DNA from: an uncultured Bacteroidales bacterium
GTDB taxonomy: Bacteria > Bacteroidota > Bacteroidia > Bacteroidales > Muribaculaceae
Reading direction: 5' to 3'
DNA length: 64,000 bases
Assembly: GCA_902762385.1 (NCBI GenBank)
Contig: CACWNQ010000019.1
Location: 7,115 to 71,114, forward strand
The notes beneath the pieces are model-generated. The model was given only the letters and a program-made list of their open reading frames with translations. It did not search any database and was not told the origin of the DNA. Every line of letters starts with the position of its first letter. Position 1 is the stretch's first letter. A program made the translations under genes and the position numbers. Below, in pieces: positions 1-10,735 of this stretch.

Positions 1-1293
1 GGCGCAGCAGTGCTGGCCAAAGTGAAAGGTATGGATGTGTTTCTCAGTGATATGGGAGACATAGCCCAGCGCTATGTGGAAGTCCTCGACAAGTGGGAGA
101 TAAGCTGGGAAGCAGGTCACCACAGCGAGGAGAAAATCCTTAGTGCCGACGAGATTGTTAAGAGTCCTGGCGTGCCTTTGACCGCTCCACTCATTGTCAA
201 AGCCATGGCAAAAGGCATCCCAGTCATCTCTGAGATAGAGTTGGCGGGACGCTACACCGATGCCAAGATGGTTTGTATTACCGGCAGTAACGGCAAGACC
301 ACCACTACGTTACTTACCTACCACATTTTCAAGGAGGCAGGTCTCAATGTTGGTCTTGCCGGTAATGTCGGCAAAAGTCTGGCGATGCAAGTTGCTACCG
401 AGCATCACGATGTCTACGTTATTGAGTTGAGCAGTTTCCAACTTGACAATATGTATGACTTCAAGGCCAATATCGCTGTGATGCTCAACATCACCCCCGA
501 CCACCTAGATCGCTACGACCACAAGATGGAAAACTACACCGCCGCCAAGTTCCGTATCATGCAGAACCAAACGAGCGACGATGCTTTCATATACTGGGAG
601 GACGACCCCATCATCTCGGCCCAGCTCAAGAGCATGCAGACCGAGGCTCGTCTATACCCATTCAGTGCCCGCGACGACCAGTCGTGCACTGCCTACCTGA
701 GCGATGGCCAAATGGTTATCAACGTCGACGACGAACGCTGGTCGATGCCTCGTGCCGAATTGGCACTGCAAGGCTTGCACAACGTCTACAACTCGATGGC
801 AGCAACCATCAGTGCATCGTTGATGCACATCAAGAAAGAGAACATACGCAAGGCTCTTGCTAACTTTGAGGCAGTGGAACATCGCTTGGAATATGTGCGC
901 ACTCTCAACGGAGTGAGATATATCAACGACTCTAAAGCCACCAATGTCAACAGCACTTGGTATGCCCTCGAGAGCATGAGCGAGGGTGTGGTGCTGATTT
1001 TGGGAGGCAAGGACAAAGGCAACGACTACAGCGAGATAGAACAGCTCGTCAAGGACAAAGTAGTCGCCATCGTGTGCCTGGGAGTTGACAACACAAAACT
1101 ACACGCCTTCTTCGACGGCAAGGTACCAGTTGTTGAAGACGCACGCAGCATGCAGGAGTGCATCACCAAGTGCCATGCACTGGCAAAGGATGGTCAAACC
1201 GTACTGCTATCGCCTTGCTGCGCTAGTTTCGACCTGTTCAAGAGTTACGAGGACCGCGGCACCCAGTTCAAGCAGTGTGTCAACGACCTGTAA
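1..1293 (+). CDS. murD: UDP-N-acetylmuramoyl-L-alanine--D-glutamate ligase (5' end outside window)
   Basis: Frame is open from base 1. Motifs KSPGVP, ITGSNGKTTT, ELSSFQL, NITPDHLDRY, EHRLE, NDSKATN, LLSPCCASFDLF; first gene of the dcw run. Confidence 0.96.
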   Translation, partial: GAAVLAKVKGMDVFLSDMGDIAQRYVEVLDKWEISWEAGHHSEEKILSADEIVKSPGVPLTAPLIVKAMAKGIPVISEIELAGRYTDAKMVCITGSNGKTTTTLLTYHIFKEAGLNVGLAGNVGKSLAMQVATEHHDVYVIELSSFQLDNMYDFKANIAVMLNITPDHLDRYDHKMENYTAAKFRIMQNQTSDDAFIYWEDDPIISAQLKSMQTEARLYPFSARDDQSCTAYLSDGQMVINVDDERWSMPRAELALQGLHNVYNSMAATISASLMHIKKENIRKALANFEAVEHRLEYVRTLNGVRYINDSKATNVNSTWYALESMSEGVVLILGGKDKGNDYSEIEQLVKDKVVAIVCLGVDNTKLHAFFDGKVPVVEDARSMQECITKCHALAKDGQTVLLSPCCASFDLFKSYEDRGTQFKQCVNDL

Positions 1294-1334
1294 CCAAAAA
1301 CCAAGGATTAGGATATTATTAGGAAGTTACCCTT

Positions 1335-2642
1335 ATGAGCGAAAAGGTTTCAAGATATAGAGAGATATCGCGACGCTATGGCGATCCGTGGATATGGGGC
1401 ATCTACCTGACACTTATTGTGTTCTCGATAGTTGAGTCATACTCAGCATCAAGCCGCGACGTGGCTAAGATGGGTGTGTATGAACCTGTGATAAGGCAGG
1501 TAGTGTTCCTTGCCATGGGAGCCGTGGCTGTAGTTGGCCTAAGTCGCATCAACTACAACAACCGCATGTTGCTGCTCGTACTAATCCCGCTACTGTGGAT
1601 ATTTACAGTGCTGAGCCTTATATATGTAATGGTTAACGGCGAGATTATTAATGGTGCGCAACGTGCTTTCACCATCCCGGGAATAGGCCTTACTGTGCAG
1701 CCAGCCGAACTTGCAAAACTCTCGGCTGTCACGGCATTGGCCTACATTATGGCCAAAAATCAGCAAGACCGTGACGTGTCGGTCAAGGGATTGGTGCTAT
1801 CAACGATTGTTGTAGCGGTGTTTGGTGCCCTCATGTTTCAGAGTGGTTTGACCAATACCCTACTGCTGATGTGTATTAGTGGCTCAATGTTTCTCGTAGG
1901 AGGAGCCCGCTTCAAAAAGCTGATTATACTGGCAATCGTCTATGGTGTTGTGGCAGGAGCCTTCTTCCTGTGGAAAGAGGCTAGCGACAAGCGAGCCGAA
2001 AATATGAAAAAGCTCACCAACACCGAGCAGACTGTCGATAAAAAAGATCGTACCGAAACACGCAATCATCGCATGGACAACTGGTATCGACGCGACTCTC
2101 TGATTTTTGACTCAGTGACCAGCAACAACGCTCAGGAAATGTTCTCAAGGATGGCTCAGGCTCATGGCGGTATAACTGGGGTGGGCATTGGCAACTCTCG
2201 TGAATGTAGCCGTTTACCTCTTGCTTTCAGCGACTACATATTTTCGATTATCATTGAGGAGATTGGCGTGATAGGTGGTGTGTTCTTGCTCATCCTTTAC
2301 TTGTGGCTGCTGTCGCGAGCAGCGATGATAGCTCGACGATGTCACCGTGTGCTGCCGGCACTGCTAATCATCGGCATGGCGTCGATGATTACATTCCAGG
2401 CCCTGTTCCACATGGCCATCAACACTGGCGTGTTCCCTGTGTCGGGTCAGCCGCTACCTCTTATTTCAAAAGGTGGCACCTCAATTCTGGTAACCAGTGT
2501 GGCATTTGGCGTAATGCTCAGTGTGAGCCGCACCATTAGCAATATAACGAATAAAAAGAATAAGGACGAAGGCATTGCGCTTCCGAGCGGACTTGATGCC
2601 GAGAATCCTACCGAAATACCCGTAAAAAATGAGTGGAAATAA
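1335..2642 (+). CDS. ftsW: SEDS family cell division protein FtsW
   Basis: Multi-pass hydrophobic protein with GAQR, VQPAELAK, FSDYIF and SGQPLPLISKGGTS; lies between murD and murG. Confidence 0.9.
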   Translation: MSEKVSRYREISRRYGDPWIWGIYLTLIVFSIVESYSASSRDVAKMGVYEPVIRQVVFLAMGAVAVVGLSRINYNNRMLLLVLIPLLWIFTVLSLIYVMVNGEIINGAQRAFTIPGIGLTVQPAELAKLSAVTALAYIMAKNQQDRDVSVKGLVLSTIVVAVFGALMFQSGLTNTLLLMCISGSMFLVGGARFKKLIILAIVYGVVAGAFFLWKEASDKRAENMKKLTNTEQTVDKKDRTETRNHRMDNWYRRDSLIFDSVTSNNAQEMFSRMAQAHGGITGVGIGNSRECSRLPLAFSDYIFSIIIEEIGVIGGVFLLILYLWLLSRAAMIARRCHRVLPALLIIGMASMITFQALFHMAINTGVFPVSGQPLPLISKGGTSILVTSVAFGVMLSVSRTISNITNKKNKDEGIALPSGLDAENPTEIPVKNEWK

Positions 2643-3744
2643 CAATCAATTAAAAGTGCTTATCAGTGGTGGCGGCACCGGAGGTCACATCTTCCCCGCC
2701 CTATCGATAGCCAACGAAATTAAGCGTCGCATGCCTCAGGCTCAACTCCTCTTTGTTGGAGCCGAGGGACGCATGGAGATGGAGCGAGTGCCTGCTGCAG
2801 GCTATGAAATCAAAGGCTTGCCAGTGAGAGGTTTCGACCGCAAGAACCTGCTTCGTAACGTGAAAGTGCTCATGGACCTGCGCCGTAGCATGAAACTTGC
2901 AAAGCAGATTCTTAAGGACTTTCAACCCAATGTTGCAGTAGGCGTGGGTGGTTATGCCAGTGGCCCTATGCTCAAGGAGTGCCAAAAGGCTGGCATTCCC
3001 ACTTTGCTTCAAGAGCAAAACTCCTATGCCGGTGTCACCAACAAACTGCTTGCCAAGAAAGCGCAATGCATATGTGTGGCCTATGAAGATATGGAGCGGT
3101 TTTTCCCTGCCGACAAGATTGTGATGACAGGCAATCCCGTTCGCCGCAATCTGCTCGAGTGTGAAGTTTCAGTTCAAGAGGCACGTCAGTCGTTTGGTCT
3201 CGATCCCGAGAAGCGCACCATCCTCATCATAGGTGGCAGCCTTGGAGCACGCACCATCAACGACAGCATTATCGCTGGCCTCGATGAGATAGCACAGCAC
3301 GAGGATGTACAAGTGATATGGCAAACAGGCAAAATATATGACGACCGCTGCCGCGAAGCCCTCGAGGCATCACAAGCAAGCAACGTTAAGCAGATGGCAT
3401 TCATCAGCAACATGGATAAGGCCTATCGCGCAGCCGATTTGGTAATATCACGCGCAGGAGCAAGCTCAATCAGTGAGTTACAGCTACTTGGCAAAGCATC
3501 TATACTAGTGCCCTCGCCTAATGTTGCCGAGGACCACCAGACCAAAAATGCCATGGCGCTTGTCAACCACAATGCCGCGCTCATGATTCCCGACATCGAT
3601 GCAGGCACCAAGCTTGTGGATGTGATGCTGAGCACTATAGGCGATGCTGCAGTTCTCGAAAAACTCAGCGTCAACGTTGAGAAGATGGCGTTGCGCAACT
3701 CGGCCGAAGTAATTGTCGACAAGGTGCTTCAAATCGCACGTTAA
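2629..3744 (+). CDS. murG: Lipid II GlcNAc transferase MurG
   Basis: GGGTGGHIFP, GGYAS, EQNS, GNPVR, GGSLGA, RAGASS motifs. Confidence 0.97.
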   Translation: MSGNNNQLKVLISGGGTGGHIFPALSIANEIKRRMPQAQLLFVGAEGRMEMERVPAAGYEIKGLPVRGFDRKNLLRNVKVLMDLRRSMKLAKQILKDFQPNVAVGVGGYASGPMLKECQKAGIPTLLQEQNSYAGVTNKLLAKKAQCICVAYEDMERFFPADKIVMTGNPVRRNLLECEVSVQEARQSFGLDPEKRTILIIGGSLGARTINDSIIAGLDEIAQHEDVQVIWQTGKIYDDRCREALEASQASNVKQMAFISNMDKAYRAADLVISRAGASSISELQLLGKASILVPSPNVAEDHQTKNAMALVNHNAALMIPDIDAGTKLVDVMLSTIGDAAVLEKLSVNVEKMALRNSAEVIVDKVLQIAR

Positions 3745-3804
3745 CTCATTGCAACACATAATGGTTATTATATTTATCTAAATCCTTTCACATCCTAATA
3801 ACTA

Positions 3805-5187
3805 ATGAAAGATTACAAGTCGATATATTTTGTTGGAGCCGGTGGCATTGGAATGGCAGCGCTGGAACGCTATTTCCTTGCCAAGGGCAAAAAAGTGGCA
3901 GGCTATGACCGCACGCCAAGCGAACTAACCGATGCTCTGCAAGCCGAGGGAGTAGAAATCGTCTTCGACGAAGATCCTAGCCTCATCCCTGATTATTGCC
4001 GTGACAAAGACACAACACTAGTAGTTTACACGCCTGCAGTGCCCAGTGAGCACAAGGGACTTTGCTACTTTAGAGATAACGGCTTTGAAGTGGTGAAGCG
4101 CGCTCGTGTGCTTGGCCTGGTAACCCTCGACAGCAAGGCATTATGCTTTTCAGGCACCCACGGCAAGACCACAACATCGAGCATGGCGGCACACATCATG
4201 GAAGTGAGCGGTGTGGGTAGCAACGCCTTCTTGGGCGGTGTGCTTCGCAACTACAACAGCAACTTCCTGCTCTCGGCCACCAGCCCATATTCGGTGCTTG
4301 AGGCCGATGAGTTTGACCGCTCATTCCATCAGTTGCAGCCTTATATTGCCGTAGTCACCTCGACCGACCCCGACCATCTCGACATCTATGGCAACAAGGA
4401 GAATTATCTTGAGAGCTTTGCCCATTTCACTGAGTTAATCAGGCCCGATGGTGCCCTTATCGTGCACACCGGCCTCGAACTCAAACCTCGCGTTGCTGAC
4501 GGAGTAAAAATCTACACCTACTCAAAGACCGAGGGCGACTTCCATGCTGAGCGCATTCGCAAGGGCAATGGCGAGATAATATTCAACTTCGTAACACCTT
4601 GGGAAGTTATCGAAGACATAAAGCTTGGTGTCCCTGTCGACATCAATATCGACAATGCTATAGCAGCCATGGCGGCTTGCCGATTAGTCGACATTCCTGC
4701 CGACGCCATGAGAAAGGCCATAGGCTCATTTATGGGTGCTAAGCGCCGCTTTGAGTTCTGGCTCAAGGAACCTGGCGACCATGGCAAAGTGGTTATCGAC
4801 GACTATGCACACCACCCCAGCGAGATAGCGGCAAGCATAACCAGCGTGCGCGACCTGTATCCTGGTCGTAAGATAAGTGTTGTGTTCCAGCCACACCTCT
4901 ACACTCGCACACGCGATTTCGCCAATGAGTTTGCCCAAGCACTCTCGTATGCCGACGAGGTAATGCTCCTGCCCATCTATCCAGCACGCGAGCTACCAAT
5001 AGAAGGTGTGACGAGCGAGATTATATTAAAAAACGTTAAATGTAATAAAAAATCAATTTATAGCAAAGAAAATTTTATCAATTCAATTCCTTTGCTTAAC
5101 TTTGATATTTTATTGACAATAGGGGCCGGTGACATCGTGAATCTGCTGCCTCAAATATGCGAACAGGTTAAAAAGCAATCACGTTGA
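3805..5187 (+). CDS. murC: UDP-N-acetylmuramate--L-alanine ligase
   Basis: GAGGIGMAA, GTHGKTTT, EADEFDRSF, DHLD, DDYAHHPSE, FQPHLYTRT. Confidence 0.97.
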   Translation: MKDYKSIYFVGAGGIGMAALERYFLAKGKKVAGYDRTPSELTDALQAEGVEIVFDEDPSLIPDYCRDKDTTLVVYTPAVPSEHKGLCYFRDNGFEVVKRARVLGLVTLDSKALCFSGTHGKTTTSSMAAHIMEVSGVGSNAFLGGVLRNYNSNFLLSATSPYSVLEADEFDRSFHQLQPYIAVVTSTDPDHLDIYGNKENYLESFAHFTELIRPDGALIVHTGLELKPRVADGVKIYTYSKTEGDFHAERIRKGNGEIIFNFVTPWEVIEDIKLGVPVDINIDNAIAAMAACRLVDIPADAMRKAIGSFMGAKRRFEFWLKEPGDHGKVVIDDYAHHPSEIAASITSVRDLYPGRKISVVFQPHLYTRTRDFANEFAQALSYADEVMLLPIYPARELPIEGVTSEIILKNVKCNKKSIYSKENFINSIPLLNFDILLTIGAGDIVNLLPQICEQVKKQSR

Positions 5188-6173
5188 AACTGGCAAGATA
5201 CATATTGCTTATTGCACTCACTGCACTGATGGTCGTGGGTATCTTGTGGGCTAGAGAAAAAGGGCGCGACGAGGTATGCACCGAGGTGACGGTTGAAATT
5301 GTCAACGACGACAGCACCCACTTTGTCACTCCTATTGGCGTGATTGAGGAACTGGAGCGCAAGCACATCGTTGTCAAGGGAAAACCTGTGTGGCAAATTA
5401 ATGTTGAGGACATCGAGAAGCAGCTTGGTGAGTCACAGTATATCGAGGACGTGGAATGCATGTTTGAGAATGGTGGCCGCTTAAAGATCAAGGTTTCTCA
5501 AATAGTGCCTGTTATGCGTGTGTTTGACGGTGACCAGTCCTATTATGTCAACAAAGACGGAAAACGCATGACAGCTGTGTCAACCTTTCATGCCGATGTG
5601 CCAATAGTAGAAGGCCACTTCACTCCAAGCTACAGCCCACTGCGGTTGTTGCCCATGATTAAGCATGTGGAACAAGACTCGGCACTGAAAGCACTTGTGA
5701 CGATGTACTACATGCGCGACAGTAACAACATCTTCATCGTGCCATCAATACATGGACATGTGGTGAACATGGGCAATTGCGACGGCTACGAGGGCAAGTT
5801 CAAGAAGCTGCAACTGTTCTACAACAAGGTTATGCCAGTTAAAGGATGGATGCACTACGACACAATATCGGTGAAATGGGACCATCAAGTGGTAGCAACC
5901 AAGCGTGACAAGACGGTTGAAGTAGAGCAAGAGTACGACCCCGAGGAAGACGAGCAAGCCGATAACATCCAAACCATGCAAGTGGGCGACAACAGCCGTG
6001 CACCCGTCAACAAAATGGTAAAAGAGAGTAAAGGCTCAGGCGAACAACCTAAGAGTGCCGACAAGGGCAAAGAGACCAACAAGTCATCGACTAGCGGCAC
6101 CGAGAAACCGCCCGAGAAAAAGAAAGAAGAGAGCAAGAACAACTCAGGCGAAAAGAAACAACCAAAGAAATAG
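5184..6173 (+). CDS. ftsQ: Cell division protein FtsQ/DivIB-like, Bacteroidetes type, with charged low-complexity C-tail
   Basis: N-terminal TM anchor, POTRA-like segment, position between murC and ftsA (TTG start overlaps murC stop). Confidence 0.78.
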   Translation: MKLARYILLIALTALMVVGILWAREKGRDEVCTEVTVEIVNDDSTHFVTPIGVIEELERKHIVVKGKPVWQINVEDIEKQLGESQYIEDVECMFENGGRLKIKVSQIVPVMRVFDGDQSYYVNKDGKRMTAVSTFHADVPIVEGHFTPSYSPLRLLPMIKHVEQDSALKALVTMYYMRDSNNIFIVPSIHGHVVNMGNCDGYEGKFKKLQLFYNKVMPVKGWMHYDTISVKWDHQVVATKRDKTVEVEQEYDPEEDEQADNIQTMQVGDNSRAPVNKMVKESKGSGEQPKSADKGKETNKSSTSGTEKPPEKKKEESKNNSGEKKQPKK

Positions 6174-6198
6174 AAACCACTTTATATAAAACACTTTT

Positions 6199-7575
6199 AT
6201 GACGAAGACACAATATATCGTAGCATTAGAGATAGGCAGCTCAAAAATAGTGGGAGCAATTGCTGAGAAAACCCCATCGGGATATGTGCAGATTAATCAT
6301 CTCGAAATGGAGAAACTCATCAACAGCGTGCGACACGGGTGTGTGCAAAACGTGGAAAACACTAAAGGAGCAATCAACAGCATAATAAAGAAACTTGAAA
6401 ACCGTGTTGACGGCACAATTGAAGAAGTGTTTGTGGGACTAAGTGGCCGTTCACTTCACAGTGAGCCCACCGAGGTTAATCAAAACCTTGATGCCACTGT
6501 GCCTATCACCAACGAAGTACTCGAGCGCATAGTGAGCGAAGCAGGAAAAGACCCCATTATGAACTACGAGACCTGCGAGGTAGTGCCCCGCACCTACTAC
6601 GTTGACAAGAACGAGACCAAAAGTCCTAGTGGACAGTTTGGTTCAAACATTAACATAAAGCTCAATCTCATCGTTGCCAAGCCAAACCTCAAGCTTAACC
6701 TTGACCGCGTGATGACTGGTGGCGCTAGAGTTAAAGAATACATGGTAACTCCACTTGTGGTTGCCGACGAGATTCTTGAACCTTCGGAGAAATCGCTTGG
6801 TTGCATGCTTGTTGACTTAGGCGCCGAGACCACTACAGTGTCGATTTACAAAGACGGCTCTCTGGTCTACCTCACCACCTTGCCGCTGGGTGGCCGCAAC
6901 ATCACCCGCGACATTACAATAGGCCTCAACGTGCTTGAAGACACAGCCGAGCGCATTAAGAAAAACATAAGTAACCCTCTCGACAAGAATGTCGACAAGG
7001 TTACTATCGAAGGCGTCAACTCAACCGATGCTGCTAATTATATTGTGGCCCGCACAGGTGAGATTATAGCCAACATTAAGCAGCAAATTCAATATGCCGG
7101 TGTAAAGGCCGTCGACCTGCACAACATAGTGCTAATAGGTGGCGCTGCTCAAATGCAAGGTATTGCCCGTCGCATCGAAGACGAGATTAAGCTTCGAGTT
7201 AGAATTGGCACCAATCCTAACGGCATCAACATCTTGGACCATAACATCAACCGCGCCGAGTATGTGCAGCTGTTCTCACTACTGTCGCATGCTGCAGCCA
7301 AGACACCATTCAACCAATCGTGCGTGAGGTTGAACAACTACAACTACAACGTGAGCGAACAGGGATTCACCTCAAGCAATCCTGAGCCTGCTGGCGATGA
7401 CTACAGCTACAACACGTTCCGCCCCGAAGAAGGTCCTGCTCCAAAAGCCGCTACACACACGAGCAAAAAACAGATGCCCGAGAGCCGCAGCAACAGGACA
7501 TCGTGGATTAGTAGAGCTCAACAACAACTCAAGAGACTGATGACTGAGCCCGAAGACGAGGGCAAGGACATCTAA
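6199..7575 (+). CDS. ftsA: Cell division protein FtsA
   Basis: ALEIGSSKI, VDLGAETT, LGGRNIT, VLIGGAA; C-terminal amphipathic helix SWISRAQQQLKRLM. Confidence 0.93.
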   Translation: MTKTQYIVALEIGSSKIVGAIAEKTPSGYVQINHLEMEKLINSVRHGCVQNVENTKGAINSIIKKLENRVDGTIEEVFVGLSGRSLHSEPTEVNQNLDATVPITNEVLERIVSEAGKDPIMNYETCEVVPRTYYVDKNETKSPSGQFGSNINIKLNLIVAKPNLKLNLDRVMTGGARVKEYMVTPLVVADEILEPSEKSLGCMLVDLGAETTTVSIYKDGSLVYLTTLPLGGRNITRDITIGLNVLEDTAERIKKNISNPLDKNVDKVTIEGVNSTDAANYIVARTGEIIANIKQQIQYAGVKAVDLHNIVLIGGAAQMQGIARRIEDEIKLRVRIGTNPNGINILDHNINRAEYVQLFSLLSHAAAKTPFNQSCVRLNNYNYNVSEQGFTSSNPEPAGDDYSYNTFRPEEGPAPKAATHTSKKQMPESRSNRTSWISRAQQQLKRLMTEPEDEGKDI

Positions 7576-7617
7576 AGCACACCCTGTTTATTAACTCGAA
7601 AACATCAATATTACTAT

Positions 7618-9033
7618 ATGGAAAATATCGAAAACGGCAGCATCAGCATCAATATGAACGATATGCCAACGGGCACGCCCAACATTGAGCAACAAGACAT
7701 CTTTGCTGACATTGAGGAGAATCCCGGGTTCCATAAGAAAGAAACACCCGAGAAGGCGCCTTCGCTCATCAAGGTGATAGGAATAGGTGGCGGTGGTAAC
7801 AATGCCGTCAACCACATGTATGAACAAAACATCAACGGCGTCTCGTTTGTTGTGATGAACACCGACCGTCAGGCGTTGAACAACTCACAGGTTCCCAATA
7901 GGGTTCTTATAGGCCCTAACACCACCTTCGGACTGGGTGCTGGCAACAAGCCCGAACTCGCCAAAGAGGCTGCCGAGGAGAGTGAGAATGAAATTGCTGC
8001 CCTCTTCGACGATGAGACCAAGATGGTGTTCATCACCGCAGGAATGGGCGGCGGCACCGGTACCGGTGCTGCACCAGTGGTAGCCCGTATCGCACATGAT
8101 AAGGGTGTGCTCACCATTGGCATTGTGACCATCCCCTTCCTCTTTGAGGGCAAGAAGAAAATCATCAAGGCCTTGAGTGGTGCCGACGAGATGCAGAAGT
8201 ATGTCGATGCACTACTTATCATCAACAACGAGCGCTTGAGCGAGATTTATCCTGACCTGAACTTCATGAACGCCTTCGGCAAGGCCGACGACACCTTGTC
8301 GATAGCAGCCCGAAGCATCAGCGACCTTATCACCGTGGATGGTTACATCAACCTCGACTTTAACGATGTGAACACCACTCTGCGCAATGGTGGTGTTGCA
8401 ATCATCAGCTCGGGTTATGGCGAGGGTGAGCATCGTGTGACCAAGGCAATTGAAGACGCCCTCAACTCACCACTGCTCAAGAATCGCGACGTTTACGGCT
8501 CGCAAAAGATATTGATGAACTTCTATTTTTCGTCAAAAGCTCAGAATGAATTCAAGATGAGCGAGATTGACGAGATGCGCCGCTTCATGACCCAGTTCAC
8601 TCACGAGGTTGACGTGATTTGGGGTGTAGCCTACGACGACAGCCTGGGCGAGAAAGTTAAGATGACAATGCTTGCTGCAGGCTTCAACGTGTCGCTCGAC
8701 GCTGAGGCAGCTGAAGCCGAGGGTGACAAGAAGAGTGAAACCAAGGCCAGCACTCCTGCCAGCCGCATCGAGCAAGAATATGGCGAGAAGTTCAACGAGC
8801 TCGACATCGACCGAGCTAAGGCACAATACATTGTCCTTCGTCCCGAGGACATCGACAATGATGAGATTGTCGATCTGCTCGAGAAGAATCCAGCCTTCAA
8901 GCGCGACCAGCAAGTGAAGAACGTGTTCCGCGAACTTCAAAGTGCACCCACCAAGCCATCAACTCCTAAGCCATCGCCTGTGCTTAACAAGAAGAAGGCT
9001 AGCACAACTGCTACCATCTCGTTCGACTCTTAA
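7618..9033 (+). CDS. ftsZ: Cell division GTPase FtsZ
   Basis: IKVIGIGGGGNNA, NTDRQAL, GMGGGTGTGAAP, PFLFEG, INLDFNDV. Confidence 0.97.
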   Translation: MENIENGSISINMNDMPTGTPNIEQQDIFADIEENPGFHKKETPEKAPSLIKVIGIGGGGNNAVNHMYEQNINGVSFVVMNTDRQALNNSQVPNRVLIGPNTTFGLGAGNKPELAKEAAEESENEIAALFDDETKMVFITAGMGGGTGTGAAPVVARIAHDKGVLTIGIVTIPFLFEGKKKIIKALSGADEMQKYVDALLIINNERLSEIYPDLNFMNAFGKADDTLSIAARSISDLITVDGYINLDFNDVNTTLRNGGVAIISSGYGEGEHRVTKAIEDALNSPLLKNRDVYGSQKILMNFYFSSKAQNEFKMSEIDEMRRFMTQFTHEVDVIWGVAYDDSLGEKVKMTMLAAGFNVSLDAEAAEAEGDKKSETKASTPASRIEQEYGEKFNELDIDRAKAQYIVLRPEDIDNDEIVDLLEKNPAFKRDQQVKNVFRELQSAPTKPSTPKPSPVLNKKKASTTATISFDS

Positions 9034-9081
9034 CCACACAACCACCATATTTCACGACTTTTAAAATCTTAACAACACATA

Positions 9082-10353
9082 ATGTTAACGCTACAATTCA
9101 TCAATGAGAACCCAGAACATGTGATTGAGCGACTGGCAGTGAAGAACTTCGATGCCCGTGAGCCCATCATGAAAGTAGTAGAACTCGACAAGCAACGCCG
9201 CGCAGCACAGAAGGAGCGCGACGACAATGCTTCACAACTCAACAAGATGGCGGCGCAGATTGGCGCTCTCATGAAGCAAGGCAAGCGCGACGAAGCCGAG
9301 CAGGCCAAGGCCGCTGTGGCAGCACTGAAAGCCACTAACAAGGACATTGACGACCGCATGAGCGCAGCTGCCAACGAGATTACCGAAATACTGCTATCAA
9401 TCCCTAACGTGCCCTACGAGGGCGTTCCTGCTGGCCTCACAGCCGAGGATAACGTAGTGGAAAAAACCGGTGGTCCAGATCCACATCTTGCCGACGATGC
9501 TCTACCCCACTGGGAACTTGCCAAGAAGTATAATCTCATCGACTTTGACTTAGGTGTGAAAATCACTGGTGCTGGATTCCCCGTCTATGTGGGCAAGGGA
9601 GCTAGACTGCAACGAGCCCTCATCCAGTTCTTCCTTGACGAGGCTGGCAAAGCCGGATATGTTGAGATTGAGCCTCCCTATGTAGTCAATGAGGCATCGG
9701 GTCTTGGCACTGGTCAACTTCCCGACAAGGAGGGCCAGATGTATCATTGCCAGGTCGACAATTTCTATCTCATCCCCACTGCCGAGGTTCCAGTTACCAA
9801 CATGTACCGCGACGTGATCCTGAACCAAGATGAACTGCCCAAGAAGAATTGTGCCTACAGTGCATGCTTCCGTCGTGAGGCAGGATCTTATGGCAAGGAT
9901 GTGCGTGGCCTGAACCGTCTGCATCAGTTCGACAAAGTGGAAATCGTGCGCATCGAGCGCCCTGAGGACAGCTACGCCGCCCTCGAGGAGATGAAGGATC
10001 ACGTGCAAGGTCTGCTCGAGAAACTCGAGCTGCCATGGCACATTCTGCGTCTGTGTGGTGGCGACATGAGCTTCACCAGTGCCATTACCTTCGATTTCGA
10101 GGTGTGGAGCGCTGCACAGAAGCGCTGGCTCGAGGTCAGCTCGGTAAGTAACTTTGAAACCTATCAGGCCAACCGCCTCAAGTGCCGTTACCGTGGCGAT
10201 GACAAGAAAACTCACCTGTGCCACACCCTCAATGGCTCGGCACTGGCTCTGCCTCGCATCGTGGCCGCCCTTCTTGAGAACAACCAGACACCTGAAGGCA
10301 TACGCATCCCAAAGGTTCTACAGCGCTACACAGGCTTCGATATCATCGACTAA
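9082..10353 (+). CDS. serS: Serine--tRNA ligase
   Basis: N-terminal coiled coil, LIPTAEVP, FRREAG, RLHQFDKVE, EVSSVSN, HTLNGSALA. Confidence 0.97.
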   Translation: MLTLQFINENPEHVIERLAVKNFDAREPIMKVVELDKQRRAAQKERDDNASQLNKMAAQIGALMKQGKRDEAEQAKAAVAALKATNKDIDDRMSAAANEITEILLSIPNVPYEGVPAGLTAEDNVVEKTGGPDPHLADDALPHWELAKKYNLIDFDLGVKITGAGFPVYVGKGARLQRALIQFFLDEAGKAGYVEIEPPYVVNEASGLGTGQLPDKEGQMYHCQVDNFYLIPTAEVPVTNMYRDVILNQDELPKKNCAYSACFRREAGSYGKDVRGLNRLHQFDKVEIVRIERPEDSYAALEEMKDHVQGLLEKLELPWHILRLCGGDMSFTSAITFDFEVWSAAQKRWLEVSSVSNFETYQANRLKCRYRGDDKKTHLCHTLNGSALALPRIVAALLENNQTPEGIRIPKVLQRYTGFDIID

Positions 10354-10378
10354 TTCAAGTCAACTCATAACACATCAT

Positions 10379-10414
10379 CGGCCGCATCATCCTCCCCTGC
10401 AGATGGTGTGGCCG
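10379..10414. terminator. Hairpin downstream of serS
   Basis: cggccgcatcatc / gatggtgtggccg 13-bp stem (with G-U pairs), 10-nt loop. Confidence 0.5.
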
Positions 10415-10450
10415 TCTTCATTTAACGAAGAATACCTTTTTGAAAACGGC

Positions 10451-10487
10451 AAAAAAAATGCCATCTCAAATATTGAAGAGATGGCAT
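10451..10487 (-). terminator. Intrinsic terminator for the LuxR-type gene
   Basis: atgccatctc / gagatggcat 10-bp stem, followed by a T-run on the minus strand. Confidence 0.7.
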
Positions 10488-10519
10488 CTAAATCTTTGTA
10501 CTTAAATTAGATTAAAAGA

Positions 10520-10735
10520 TTAATCCAAATCAATAAGATTAAGTCGATAAGTTTTTCCTATTAATTCCGCAACATTGCGTGAATCAGTTTTTTGCAGCAA
10601 CTGCTTACGGTGATACTGAACAGTATTTATTGAGATATAAAGCTTCTCAGCAATTTCACGACTACTCAATCCCTGGATTAGATATCTCAGAACTTCTTTT
10701 TCTCGCACCGTCAATTCTTTCGTGGTGTTTGTCAT
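10520..10735 (-). CDS. Small stand-alone LuxR/GerE-type HTH regulator
   Basis: LTVREKEVL..GLSSREIAEKLYISINTVQYHRKQL is the LuxR HTH signature. Likely start is the internal ATG at 10735 (track start 10777). Confidence 0.82.
   Translation of the reverse strand: MTNTTKELTVREKEVLRYLIQGLSSREIAEKLYISINTVQYHRKQLLQKTDSRNVAELIGKTYRLNLIDLD

Noticed and set aside
1-9033. dcw cluster lacking murB/ddl between murC and ftsQ
   Set aside because: This order is the usual Bacteroidetes arrangement.
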